DNA of 63,659 bases from Selaginella moellendorffii (taxonomy: Eukaryota > Plantae > Lycopodiophyta). The notes beneath the pieces were generated by a model. The model was not told the origin of the DNA. It searched no databases and saw only the letters and a program-made list of their open reading frames with translations. A program made the position numbers and the translations under genes. Position 1 is the stretch's first letter. The number at the start of each line of letters is the position of its first letter. Below are positions 47,840 to 60,036 of this stretch, in pieces. The stretch covers positions 64,597 to 128,255 of the forward strand of contig NW_003314431.1 of NCBI RefSeq assembly GCF_000143415.4, read 5' to 3'.

Positions 47840-49994
47840 CTATGAAGCCATTGGCGGTGTTTGTGGTTCGCCTTCGATTCCAAACTCGGCAGCCTGGAGC
47901 TGGACTTCGTCCCACATAGCTGTCGAAGCTGCTAGTCATTAAGGAAAACAAAAATCCTCTAAGATCACCGCCGCTGCAAGCAATGAATGATCGTGAGAAA
48001 AGAAATAAAAACGAAGGGGATGGATACGATCGGTCCTCCACATATCGGTGATACTGACACCAGCATCCGATAAAAGCCAATAATCAGCATCCGTCTGTTG
48101 CATCACACCGTCAGCTCAGCTACGTGTTGGATAAGGTTTAAATGTTAGCAGCACTTACATCGACTTCAGCTGGCAAAATCTTCATGATGCCGTTTCCATA
48201 GTCGGGCATACTTGATGATTCCGCACCAGCGAAGTGTGATGGAGGCGGCCTTGTAACTACATGCTCTACATTCTCAATGACAGCAATGGTGTTCTCTTCC
48301 ACGGTACGGGACGGGCCCGTGAGTTCTAACGTATTCGTTTCTTCGAATTTTTCCTCGAATCGGCTGTGGAGGATTGCGAACCTTAAGACCAGGAAAAGAG
48401 ATAAAATCATAATAATACGCACCTCACAAGATATACATCTATGGGTCCCATCGTGCTGCGCAACAATATCTGGTATCGTCTCTGCGGGTACTCAACGGCC
48501 TGCATATTACAATTAGTTTAGTAAGACCATCCAGATGAAAGATTTTTAACAATGCTGAGCTGACCTCGTCCGGATCAGGAACTTCTAGAGTAGTTCCATG
48601 GGGAGCTTTGATCGCAATCAAGGTTTCATTCTGCCAGCCAGAGCAAGCGTTAAAACTAATATATCAGGGCTAGAAAGGACCGAGCAACGCTTACTTACAC
48701 GAAAGCAAGGTAAACTTTTAATGTCGTCCTCGGTCACGTACAACCATCTTCGGTAGAAGTATGAAGTCAAGGAAATTCTGAGGGGTGCGGGAAAGATAAC
48801 TGATAAAAAAGGATACTGTTTATTGTTTTCATCTTCACTCAACATTTTCAGCTTTTCCCGCATCTCCCTGATTGGAAAAATGAAAAAGTGCGTCATGTTA
48901 GAATAGAAGTACAAACCTTATACTTTCGTCTAGGTCCCGTTCCTCGACATGTAGTTCGTCCACTTCGGACTGTTTCGAAGATAACGAAAACCGAGGTGTG
49001 AATAAAACCAGTAAAAGGATGACAATTCTACCTTGAACGCTGTCATGTCAGGTGATGTATCCATAGGAGTTGTGAAACCAAGTCCTCTGTTAAAAACTCC
49101 GATTATGAAACCGTATCATCGATGCTATGCTATGCTCAAGTGACTCACTTCCATCTTATCCTGTTTTTCAACTTCTTTTCTATTAAGCCAATTCCTTCCA
49201 ACACATTGGTGATGTCATAGATCCTTCGCTTTTGCACCTGAAAGGCAGAAGAAAGCCTCTCTGAAGCAGGTTGCGAAAGAGACACACACTGAATGCAGCA
49301 TGCACTTACTTTCAATGTCTCTGCAGCTTTGTTAAGATCAAGGACACCATCCTCAGCTTGCTTAAGTAAGTCAATAAACTTCTTCGTCAAAAGACCTGCA
49401 CAGGAAGAAAACACAGGCCGCTAGAAAGAGCTAGAATCCAAAAACACAGCTTGAGAAAGTATACCCAAGGAACTGTCATAGCGGCATGTACTGACTGGTG
49501 TTGGCACGCTAGCAGCGGGTGATCCTGCAAAGAACTTGTAAGTTCGCAAACAAGACTAAAAAAAATGGCACTCGAACTTACCACCTACACTACCGGGAGT
49601 TTGAGGGCCACTTTTGGTGGCATTTTTCACGAACTTTGGACGGCTAACACGCTTGGAACCTGGGCCGCACCCAGGAGTAACAACAGGAGACGAGTGTAAA
49701 GAGTCCTCCTGTCACAAGAGAATGATTTTTACGAATTGAGTAACGGATCACTAATTCCACACAAGAAGAAAGACTTACCGAGAACTTGGACATCTCCGAT
49801 CTTTCGCCAAGAAAGCTCTCCCCTTCACCGCCAAAGTGGTGCTCCCCGGCAAACGAGAATGGAGGGCGCTGGAAAACCATACTAGATTTGTGCTGCTGGA
49901 AATCGGGGGGCACCGCTAGCCCAGACCCATTTCTCTTGAGCTGCGGAGGCGTCTTACCAGAATGTAGGCCGTTGTCGCGGTAGATCTCCACCAT
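47840..49994 (-). CDS. E2F: E2F transcription factor (canonical activator type with RB-binding motif), multi-exon
   Basis: [14 protein letters not shown]...[22 protein letters not shown]-binding domain; [15 protein letters not shown] and [18 protein letters not shown] marked box; [22 protein letters not shown]-binding motif; inferred TAG at 47840-47842. Confidence 0.92.
47929..48027 (-). other. Second probable U12-type intron in E2F, with a NAGNAG acceptor
   Basis: Donor GTATCCAT; branch site TTCCTTAAT followed by GACTAGCAG. Confidence 0.7.
48748..48816 (-). other. U12-type (minor spliceosome) GT-AG intron in E2F
   Basis: Donor GTATCCTTT; branch site TTCCTTGAC near the AG; splicing gives the in-frame sequence NKQWLYV. 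Confidence 0.85.
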
Positions 49995-50128
49995 GCCGCC
50001 TACTCGCCACGCATCTTTCCCGCTGCCCAGCCCACGAATTCGCGTCGCCCTAAAATTTCCCCTCGACCGGAGAAGAAAGAGGAGCTCTCCCACCGAAAAA
50101 ACCCAAGACTACACAACACAGACACCCA

Positions 50129-50335
50129 CGCCGCTAGCTAGGGTTCCGTCACTTTCACACGCTGGCAAACTCTGCCGGGTGACGCCGCTTGTTAGGGTTC
50201 CGTCAGCGGCAGAAAAGCGCGCGGGCGATAGACAAAATGAATTTCTTTGAAATTGGAGCGCGCGAAATGTGCCTGCCACGTCCCCCGGCGCTCATCCCGA
50301 CAGTGACGTGGACATTGCGTGGAGGACACGTGGCA
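50129..50335. promoter_or_regulatory. GC-rich divergent promoter (E2F / LysM-RLK) with an E2F site, telobox-like repeats and G-box/ABRE
   Basis: GCGCGAAA (TTTCGCGC) at 50260-50267; TAGGGTTCCGTCA twice (~50139, ~50192); GACGTGG and ACACGTGGC. Confidence 0.6.
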
Positions 50336-50736
50336 GTGACCGGGCACGCCCATGCTAGGGACGACGAGCTCGTCGCTTTCTCCCTCCATTTTAAATCCAT
50401 CACACTGTGCGCCGCGGCAGGCGTTGCATCTTCTAGGGTTTGTGCCGGGGATCGTTTGCGCCGATCTTCACGAAGAGGCACCGATCGATCGGATGGCCGC
50501 CTCCGCGTTGGCAATCCCCCGGCGCGCCCCAGCAACAGTGAATCTCTCCGGAGGGTTTTGTGGGATGATCCAGGCTGGAGAGCGCTCGCAATGCGACAAG
50601 CGATCGTCCACCTTTGTCTTCATGTTTATTATCATCCACGCGTGATCGCTTTCCCAGTGGAGCTTTCAAGGTTTGCCACCGCCTGCGCTTTCACTCCCAC
50701 GCCCTTGGATCGCGATTCTTTCTCCTCTCCTCGCGC

Positions 50737-53307
50737 ATGAAATGCGGGAGAAGGACGAGGCAGGAAAGAATGGGATCATCATCCAGGCGATCCCGGAGAA
50801 GAAGAGACCCCGTCGCCTTGGTTTGCTCCATTTTCTTCTCCTGGGTGTTTGCTGCGAGCTCGAGCTGTGTTCCTGGAGCTGGATGTCCGCGAGCTCTCCT
50901 GGTTTTTAATATCTCTGCGGTGGATCCAAGCTCGCTACAGGTGATCTACGACAGGTTTTCTACAAGCTCCCAGCTCGTTTCTCAGTACAACCAGCTTGGT
51001 AGCGGCAACAATTCAGCACAGATTTTCATTCCTTTCGACTGCCAATGCGTGAGAAAAGTTCTCCAGCACAACTTCCCATATGAGATCGCCCCCGACGACA
51101 CTACTCTCTTCATCATCGCGCAAGAAAAGTTCCAAGGCTTAACGAGGGATGACTGGATTGCCGAGGCCACACCATTGAAAGACAAGAACACCATCTTCGC
51201 GGGATTAAACGTCAAGGTTCCCGTCAACTGTTCGTGTGGAAATCCAGACGTGGATCGTAGCTATGGACTTTTTGCTACGTATGTAGTACAGCCGGGTGAT
51301 ACGCTCTCGACCATCTCTGCCAGGTTTAAGGTTCCGGACCAGCAACTTCTCCAGCGGTTTAATCCACATATCGACTTCCAGAGGCTTATAGCTCAGAGCA
51401 TTGTCTTCGTTCCGGCCAAAGGTTAGCATTTCTTTTTATTTTCTTTTTGCTTACATTTTTGTCGTTGCTTCTTCTTCGTCTATGTTTTAGATTCGAATGG
51501 TTTATATCCACCTTACAGCAGGTGAAGCTCGCTTTTAAACTTATGTCTCGCATTTCCTGACTATTGGTTTTGCAGCGATGACGGTGAGCATGCTTTTTTT
51601 CTTCTTTCTTATCAAGGTGGAACAACGCCGATGATTATGCACAAAATTCAGATGGTCACAGTGGAGTCCGGAGGTCTACCATCGTTGGTGCGTCCGTTGG
51701 ATCGATTCTGGCTGTGCTTCTTGCTGCTGCCGCGGGAATGGCATTCTTCCTGTGGAAAAGAAAACATCTCCAGCAAGACGAGAAAAACGATCGTCTTCCT
51801 TCGCCAGCAGCCAGCAGCACAGTGTCGGCATTGCGAAAAGCATCAGGTTTGGTATTTACTTGATTATCAGCACACACACACACAAATCTGTGGTGCTGCT
51901 ACGCAGGAACTCCAACGCCTTCAGGAGTGCTGCGGTCAAACATATCCTCGACGACCAGCGTTCGATCTGCAATCTCGGATATTGCTCTGGAAAAGTCCAT
52001 TGAGTTTTCACTTCATGAACTTGTAGCGGCCACCAATAACTTCAACGAAACAAACAAGATTGGACAAGGTGGATACGGTTCTGTTTACTACGGCTATTTT
52101 CGAGATCAGGTGTGATGGTTTCTTACAATCTACAACCTGTTTCTTTCTTTCTTCTGTAAGCAGAAGCTGGCTGTGAAACGGATGAATATGCAAGCTACCA
52201 AGGAGTTTTTATCCGAGCTTAAAATCTTGAGCCGCGTTCATCACTCGAACTTGGTATTTTCACAGGCTTTGTATTTTCAGCTTACTCCAACTATTATTTT
52301 TCTGCTACAGGTCCAGCTGATAGGATACTGTACAGTTGAGTCTTTGTTTTTAGTTTACGAATTTGTTGATAATGGAACTTTAGCGCAACACTTGCACTCC
52401 ACAAGTAAGTAGTTCTGCCATTGGTTTCTTTATATAATTCTCTGCTTGAGCAGCCCGACCACCACTTAGCTGGTCTTCCAGGATCCAGATAGCAATGGAC
52501 GCTGCAAGAGGGCTGGAGTACATACACGAGCACGCAAAGCCAACATATATTCACCGAGACATAAAATCCACCAACATTCTCATCGATAAAAATTTTCATG
52601 CGAAGGTACTGTATGTACAAGATGCTATGCAAGACTTCAAGAACTCCTTTTGGTAACAGGTTGCTGATTTCGGTCTCAGCAAGCTAACAGAGACCGGCAT
52701 GACAAGCATATCACTCACACAACCCACGCGTTTGGTTGGAACATTTGGCTACATGTCTCCAGAGTAAGTTCTCCTGTTCGTGCTTAGAACTACTAATTCA
52801 CGAATGTCGTTTTTAGATATGCACGATATGGGGATGTCTCGCCATTCCTTGATGTTTACTCGTTTGGCGTAGTCCTGTTTGAGATCATATCCGCTCAAGA
52901 GGCTATAGTAAGAACGCAGAGTGGCATTCTTTCGAATAAGGATGAACAGAAGGGGCTTGCCACACTGGTTAGTTCTTTTGCTACAAAGCACAGGATACTT
53001 TCTAGCTGCTAACTTCTTCTCTATGGCGATTTGCAGTTTGAGGACGTGCTGCAAGATGATACAAACGGAAAAGAGAGGCTTCGAGACTTGATGGATCCTC
53101 GGCTGGGTGACAATTACCCACTAGAGGCTGCTTGGAGTGTAAGAAATTTATTTCCTTTAGTGGTCATCAGCACAATGGCTTGTTTCTTTGCAGCTCGCGA
53201 AATTAGCAGGAGCATGTACCAAAGAGAACCCCGAGTTGAGGCCCAACATGAGAACAGTGGTGGTGGCGCTTATGACACTCATGCACAACACAGCTAGTAA
53301 CTCTTAA
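50737..53307 (+). CDS. LysM receptor-like kinase (CERK1/LYK type), multi-exon
   Basis: Ectodomain with CxC linkers (CQC, CSC) and LysM repeats; [26 protein letters not shown]; kinase [38 protein letters not shown]; TAA at 53305-53307. Start could be 50737 or 50770. Confidence 0.93.
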
Positions 53308-53390
53308 ATCCTCTAAAGGTAAAAACACTTATCTGTAGATACTAAAAACCTTTACAGAAATAAATCGAAGCTTTGCTGGAAATGCGAGAA

Positions 53391-54884
53391 CTACACAGAG
53401 TAAACGTTGGCAAGCAATGCATAGCCACAGCTATCTCTCACACTCTCACGAATCAAAAGCTTTGCAGCTAGAGCACCTTGCTTGACGTTCCTGTGGCTTC
53501 TACAAGCAGCAAGCAAGCAAGTTATGCTGAGAAGCCTGGGGACAAAAGGCATGCTTGTGACGAGATCTCTCGCCTCGAGCAAAAACCCGGCACGGCCCAG
53601 AAGATCTACAAGGCAGCAGTAGTGCTGCTCGCAAGGAGCGACTCCAAAGTCCAAGCTCATCGACACAAACAAGCCACGGGCGAGCTCCAATTTGCCTCCA
53701 TGGCTGCAAGAGATGAGAACCGACGTGAAGCATGCCACGTCCGGCGAGTGAAACATCTCCATTGCGTGAAAGATTCGCAGTGCCTCCGTGGAATATGCCC
53801 TTCGTCGTGTGCATGCCGCGAGCCTCGAGCTCCACGAGATGAGATTCCGCTCGGGCATTGCCTGGAAAAGAGACACCGTTTGCGAATATGCCCCGCTCTT
53901 GGCATTTGCTGCAAGGAGTGTGTTCCAGGACGCAGTGTTTCTTACAGGCATGTTCCAGAAGAAATAAGAGGTGTGATCAATTTGGCGGTGATCAGCATAC
54001 GTTGCAAGCATTGCGTTCCATGCGATCTGGTCGTGCTGTGGCATTCTTGTAAAGATTCTTTCAGATTCTTCAATATGCCCATTCTGAGCATACATTGCTA
54101 GGATCGTAGTCCATGAAACCAGATCGCTCGCTGGCATTTTCTCAAAGAGTGCTCTAGCCTGATCGATTTCTCCTGCGGTAGAAAAGCTAGTGAGCATCGT
54201 ATTGAGAGTGACGAGATCAATAACAGGCATGGATCTGAATATCTCTTGGGCATCTCGTAGATGCAATCCCGAGGCATATGCGGAGATCATGGCATTGTAT
54301 GCAAAGATGTTCCTCTCTGGAAGAGTCGCAAACAGGGACTTTGCCTTTTCAATCTCTTCATTTTCTGTGAGAGCTGCAAGCACAATCGTGCACGAGACAA
54401 GGTCGTGCTCTGGCATTTCCACAAAGAAGAAGCGGGAGCATTCCTCCAAATGCCGATTCTGGAATAATGCCGAGAGCATTGCGTTCCAGGCGATCAAGTC
54501 ACGTAGCGGCAAGCGCTCAAACACAGCGGCAGCCTGCACCAGCAGGCCATTCCGGGAATATGCCTTGAGCATGGCGGTCCATGCCACAAGATTTGAATCT
54601 GGGTTGTCCTTGAGCATCTTTCGTGCCTCTATTAGATGCCCGGCTTTGGCAAGTGCGGTCAGCATTACAGCCCATGAAACTGTGTTTACATAAGGCATGC
54701 TATCAAATACTTGAGATGCTTTGTGTAGATGTCCATTCTGAGCATATGCTGTGAGCAAAGCATTCCATGCTGCAATGTCTTTATTGGGCATTTTATTGAA
54801 GATTTTCTGGGCATCTTCAAGTTGACCATTTCTGGAATAAGTACATAAAGTTTCCATGTAAGAGATTGATTTGCTGAGGTGCAT
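53391..54884 (-). CDS. PPR protein, mostly short ~31-aa S-type repeats with an E domain, intronless
   Basis: Tandem repeats of F..MP..D..xWxA.L..YA..G; HYCCLVDLLGRAG E domain; no DYW. Confidence 0.9.
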   Translation of the reverse strand: MHLSKSISYMETLCTYSRNGQLEDAQKIFNKMPNKDIAAWNALLTAYAQNGHLHKASQVFDSMPYVNTVSWAVMLTALAKAGHLIEARKMLKDNPDSNLVAWTAMLKAYSRNGLLVQAAAVFERLPLRDLIAWNAMLSALFQNRHLEECSRFFFVEMPEHDLVSCTIVLAALTENEEIEKAKSLFATLPERNIFAYNAMISAYASGLHLRDAQEIFRSMPVIDLVTLNTMLTSFSTAGEIDQARALFEKMPASDLVSWTTILAMYAQNGHIEESERIFTRMPQHDQIAWNAMLATYADHRQIDHTSYFFWNMPVRNTASWNTLLAANAKSGAYSQTVSLFQAMPERNLISWSSRLAACTRRRAYSTEALRIFHAMEMFHSPDVACFTSVLISCSHGGKLELARGLFVSMSLDFGVAPCEQHYCCLVDLLGRAGFLLEARDLVTSMPFVPRLLSITCLLAACRSHRNVKQGALAAKLLIRESVRDSCGYALLANVYSV

Positions 54885-55274
54885 ATTATTGAATGTAGAT
54901 TATTTTACCAAAGGCGATGTTAGGTATGGATAGCAGACATAAGAAACAAAGTCTTATGCTCTTCAGTTCAAACGTATTAAGACCAATAATTGTAATATTA
55001 ATATTGTTATAGCTTCATAGCAAGATGGCTACAGTCCTATGTTCAAGGGCAAAAATTAAAATGTAAAGTTACCACATTTAGTTTTGAACCCAATATAAAT
55101 TACAAATGCTAACCACAGTATTAGGGTTGGGTGAAGATTGATGAGAGCTCCTCAAAGTGATCTAAGATGCTATTTCATGTTTAAAATTATAGCAAAAATT
55201 ACTTTGCTAAATCCATAAGGTGTTCAACCTTAGTAAGTTTTATTAACATTTTCTGTTATGGGCACTATTCATGG

Positions 55275-55575
55275 CCTAATTTTGTGACTTTCCCATAAGT
55301 CTTTGTTCCCATGAATATTTTAGAACAGTAAATAGATTTGAGAAGATTTTAGATCAATATAAACTTTTGAATTTGAACATTTTCATCTATAAGCACTATT
55401 TATGATCAAATTTTATGATATACATCTTTGTTCCCATGAGTATTCTAGAATAATAAATAGATTTAGCCAAATTTTGTGACCCTCCAATAGGTGTTTGTTC
55501 CCATGAATATTTTAGAAAAATAAATAGATTCAAGAAGATTTTAGATTAATGTAAGTTTTGAATTTAGACTTTTTA
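55275..55575. repeat. Imperfect tandem repeat (3 copies) containing decayed HSE modules, within an AT-rich spacer
   Basis: tttgttcccatgartattytagaa...aaatagatt at ~55302, ~55427 and ~55494. Confidence 0.8.
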
Positions 55576-57409
55576 GAAGGTAACCTATCCTAGTATTATT
55601 CAAACTCAAGGGCATTTAATTATAAATATCTTAAAACTTTTAACTGATTGAAAAAAAGGGACATTTTTTTATGGGTTTTTTTTTTTACATTTATACTTTT
55701 ATAGTTGTATTTCAAGTCATTTGTTTTTGTTATTTACAATTTAACATGCTTCCTTACAAATTCACTCCTTTTTGAATGAAAATCAAGAGCCATATTTCTC
55801 TTTTAACACTCTATTTCTTGGGTCAAATTGAACCACTAAATATCAATTTTAATATGGTGTGAAACTAAATATAAACTCTTGAATTTAAACATCTTAGAAG
55901 CTCACCACACCCAGAATTATTTAAACCAAAAAACATTTAACCCTAAACTTTGTAAAGCCCTTAATCAATCATCTTTCATTTTGGTTACTTACAATCAACT
56001 TATATAATATGGCTAACTATTAATTAATTATACCGATAACACAATAATAGTTTCTACTAGGATCAATTCTTGATATTATTCTAGAATTGATAGTAAATAC
56101 TCCAAAATGTTTATTGTTTAGCATCTTTTGTGCATACAAAAAATACTAGGATTGAGCAAGTGTAATAAACATTACAACCCATAAATCTACATTCACATAA
56201 AACATGCTGTCAAACATTTGAGATGCTCTGTAAAGATGTCTATTATAAGTATATATTGTAAAAAAAGCATAATATAGTGCAATATCTTTACTGCACATTT
56301 TAATAAATATTTTTTAATTATTTTCAAGTTAACAATTTTTGGAAAAGGAACTGAACATTGTTTATTTTGCATTTTATTAATGTTGTTATGTAAGAAATAA
56401 TTTTATAGAAGTGCATATTGTTGTATATAAGCTTAAAAACTTCAATCATTTTCTATGGAATATATGAAGTAAAAGATATTTTCTGAGATTGCATTTTCCC
56501 TTATTCAAATTTGTTTAATAGCATGTGTAATAATAAAGCTAAAGAACTTAATTATTTAAAATTGTGCTAGAATAAACAATATTAAAATAATGGTTATTGT
56601 GACATAAAAGATTTAAAGCTATATCAATAGGAAATAAATGACTTACACAGATTTCACAATTTATTATATATTTTATATCTGAGTTGTCTTGGTTGATTTG
56701 GGTGTAAAAATAATTTTTGTTTATTAAAAATCAATTTAATTTTAAAAGTAAGTAGTTATATAAAATTTTATTATGTATTCTAATTGCTACTTTGCATCTT
56801 AACAATATGTAAACTTATAGCTAGTCATAAATTCTTAAGAAAGTTTATTCAGCTATTTAATAAAGAGTATGTTTATTTTTTATGTACTTAATATTTTTAA
56901 TCTATAATTATATTATTTGATTATTTACTTTTTACTACTAAATTATACTTTAAATTTTGTATTTGATTTAATTTAGCATTTTTATTATGGTTTTAAAGTC
57001 ACTATTTTATGTACATAAATTATAATGCTTTAGTGTAACTTCCTCTTTAATTTTTATCTTCCACATGTTTAAAGCATTGAAAGTAGTAATAATACTAGTT
57101 GATCAGTTTTTTCTATAAATATTTATTCATGTGAATAATTTTACAATAATTTAAATATAAAAATGGAGTTCTTTTAAATTTGTGGTAATTATGGTTAAAA
57201 TAATACAATTTTATAGTTGATAAACGTACACATATCTATCGGGACTTTGATTTTGAAATTACTAAATTTCTTTAGTATAAAAATACTAATTCCAACCAAT
57301 AATATTAAAGAATATGTATATAATAGAAATGTATCACAAATTATAAGAGTTTTATCTGAATTTCAAAATTAATACCTTTTATCTAAGTACTTTAGGGTTT
57401 ATAGGTGCC

Positions 57410-60012
57410 ATGCTTTTGCATTTGCCTGTTTGTCGGTCTCAGAGCGTGTTCCAGGCAGTCAGGGTGGAATCCAACACCCCACATTCTCGTCCACGAGTTT
57501 CTGACTGGAAGAACAAGGAGGAGGAGAGCAAGCCCGAGAATGTAGCTCTACAAAGTAAGAAATCTTCAAGGAGCAGGAATTTGAAGCCCTCAAATGACAA
57601 CAGGATCGACAAATCCTCTTACGCCGGGATTTCTCCTGTTCGCGCAGGTAAACTGGAAGAACCTTTATCGTTTGAGATAGGAAAAATAGAGGAACATGAA
57701 GGAAAATTACTCTCTTGTCTCTTTGGCAGTGGTGGTGGTAAGATTGATGAGGATTGAGATGGGAGGAGCTTTCTCAGACGTCCTAAACGGGGATGGAGAA
57801 GATCGCTTGGATAAAGAAATGGAGTACGTGAAACGAACTCTGGGATTTAGCATACCGAGTTTGAGGCCTGAAAATTTGAAGCTGGTTTGATCTTAGCATT
57901 TCTTTTGGTTTTCCTAGTTATTGACGATTGTTTTTATAGGTGACTGAAGAGGTCGCTGGTATTGTTCGCTGGAAGAAATATCTCGACTATGTGATAAGCA
58001 ATGTCTATGACAAGGATCAAAACGAGTTTGAGCGAATGGAGCCCATTCTAAAGCAGGTGTATTTCCCATTGTTTCGTACTTCAATTAATCGTTTTTCTTT
58101 CGCTCCAGGTCCTTCGACTAGGAGCTTATGAGCTTTTGAAACTCGAAGTACCAGCTTATGCTGTTGTCAATGAAGTAAGATTTTTTTTTTCTATAAAGTC
58201 ACTATTTTTAAAATTTTCTTTTTCTTTCACAGGCCGTCAAACTTGCCAATGCTGCTTCTCGGGCTGGAGCTGGAAAATTGGCCAACGCACTTCTTCGAGC
58301 AGTAGCTTCACACAAAGTAGAAGAATAAGAAAGAAAAACTTCTCTGTGTTTTCACACAATGCAAGAGTCTTGTTTTTTACAGGAGAAGAACACGCTGCCC
58401 GTTCCTGAAGTAACAGGAAACTTGCGGTCGCAAGCGAGAGCATTAGCAACAATCCATTCCCATCCAGTTGTGAGTAGACAATGCCAAGTAAATCGTCGTG
58501 TTATTCTGTTTCTTTTCGTTTTTGACGCAGTGGATGGTGCGGCGATGGACAGATCGATATGGCACTGAGGACACTTTAAAACTGATGGAGTGGAACAACA
58601 CAAGGCCCTTTTATGCTTTAAGGTACCACGATATGTGATTTGTAGACTCTTTACGTGTTTGGTTTTCTGGCTTTCAGGGCGAATAATGCCACTGGAACCT
58701 CTCGCGATGATTTAATAGAACAGCTTACAAAGCTCGAGGTGGGATCAATCACAATCTCTTTTTCTACTCCTTCGAATCTCTTTTTGTTGTTTTTTTTTTC
58801 TGCCTGTGCTTAGCAGGTTTCATATGTTAAGTCGCCACTACTGAAAGACTTTGTTCGAGTGACTTCAGGACTTCAGGTAGCTTGTAGATGATAACTCAAG
58901 TCAGCTGATAAAATGATGTCGTTTTCTAGGAGGTGCTGAGATCTGGATTGATCCAACAGGGACGATGCACAGTCCAGGACGAGAGTGGTGGTATGTGTAC
59001 TCTTCCACATACATTTTTTTCTTACTTTTCCAGAATATTTTATCTGAGAGTTTCTTTCAAAGGCCTGGTGGTGGAACTGCTGGATCCACAGCCTGGAGAC
59101 TTAGTGATCGACTGTTGTGCTGCACCTGGTGGCAAAAGTCTCTATATTGCTTCACGACTGAAAGGAAAAGGTCAGCTTTTTTCCATCCCTTTTTTGCTTT
59201 GAGATTTTCTTTTGTGGACGAATCAAAGAGATGGTGCTACAGGGAAAGTGATAGCAGTGGATATCAACAAGGCACGTCTCCAGCTTCTCAAAGATTCCGC
59301 AAAGAAAGCAGGCGTGAGCGAGCAAGTATCCGTCTACAATGTGGATGCCCGAGACATGATCCGTGTGAGTAAGAACTTACCACTTTGTAAGATTTATCTA
59401 AAGCTTTTCCACTTTTTTCTTTTCTTTTGTGAATGTGAAGGGTAAAACAGGTCTAGCGGATAGAGTTTTACTGGACGCTCCGTGCAGTGGTCTCGGTGTT
59501 CTATCCAAGGTAAGAACATTTGATCAATGCAAGAGCAATAATTTTGATCAAAACAAGGTTTTGCTCAATTTTTTCGATAGAGGGCGGACTTGAGATGGCG
59601 TAGAACTCTGGAAAGCTTTGAGGAATTGACAAAGCTCCAAGACGAGCTACTGGACGGTGCTTGCAAGTATGTTTTTTCCTTTCCATCGTTTTTCACTCGC
59701 TCGGCATTGGTATCTCTCTACTTGTAACAGGATGGTTCGACCGGGAGGAGTGCTTGTCTACAGCACTTGCTCGATCGAACCGGACGAGAACATCGATCGG
59801 ATCACTAGTTTTCTCGCTAGAAATCAAGTGAGTCTTTCCTTTTTTACCAGCTATTGATGTGAAATCGTGTGTTCTTCCAGAACTTCATCCTGGAGCCACT
59901 CGAGAGAGAAGTTCCTCGAGAAATGGTCTCTCGGGAAGGATGTTTTTACTCTCTGCCGTACACGCACGGCATAGATGGAGCATTTGCGGCAAAGCTCAGG
60001 CACAAAGCTTAA
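57410..60012 (+). CDS. RsmB/Sun-type rRNA m5C methyltransferase (NusB-like plus NOL1/NOP2/Sun domain), probably plastid-targeted, multi-exon
   Basis: [47 protein letters not shown]; N-terminal transit-peptide-like sequence; TAA at 60010-60012. Confidence 0.92.
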
Positions 60013-60036
60013 TTTAAAAGAGGAAGAATATGCCAA

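Noticed and set aside
50189-50740. 183-aa ORF and other ORFs in the E2F/LysM intergenic region
   Set aside because: GC-rich promoter/leader DNA with no domain signal and non-ATG starts; uORF function is not excluded but is unsupported.
55600-57390. Defined transposon in the AT-rich spacer (also 41700-42600)
   Set aside because: No TIRs, TSD or coding relic could be identified by eye.
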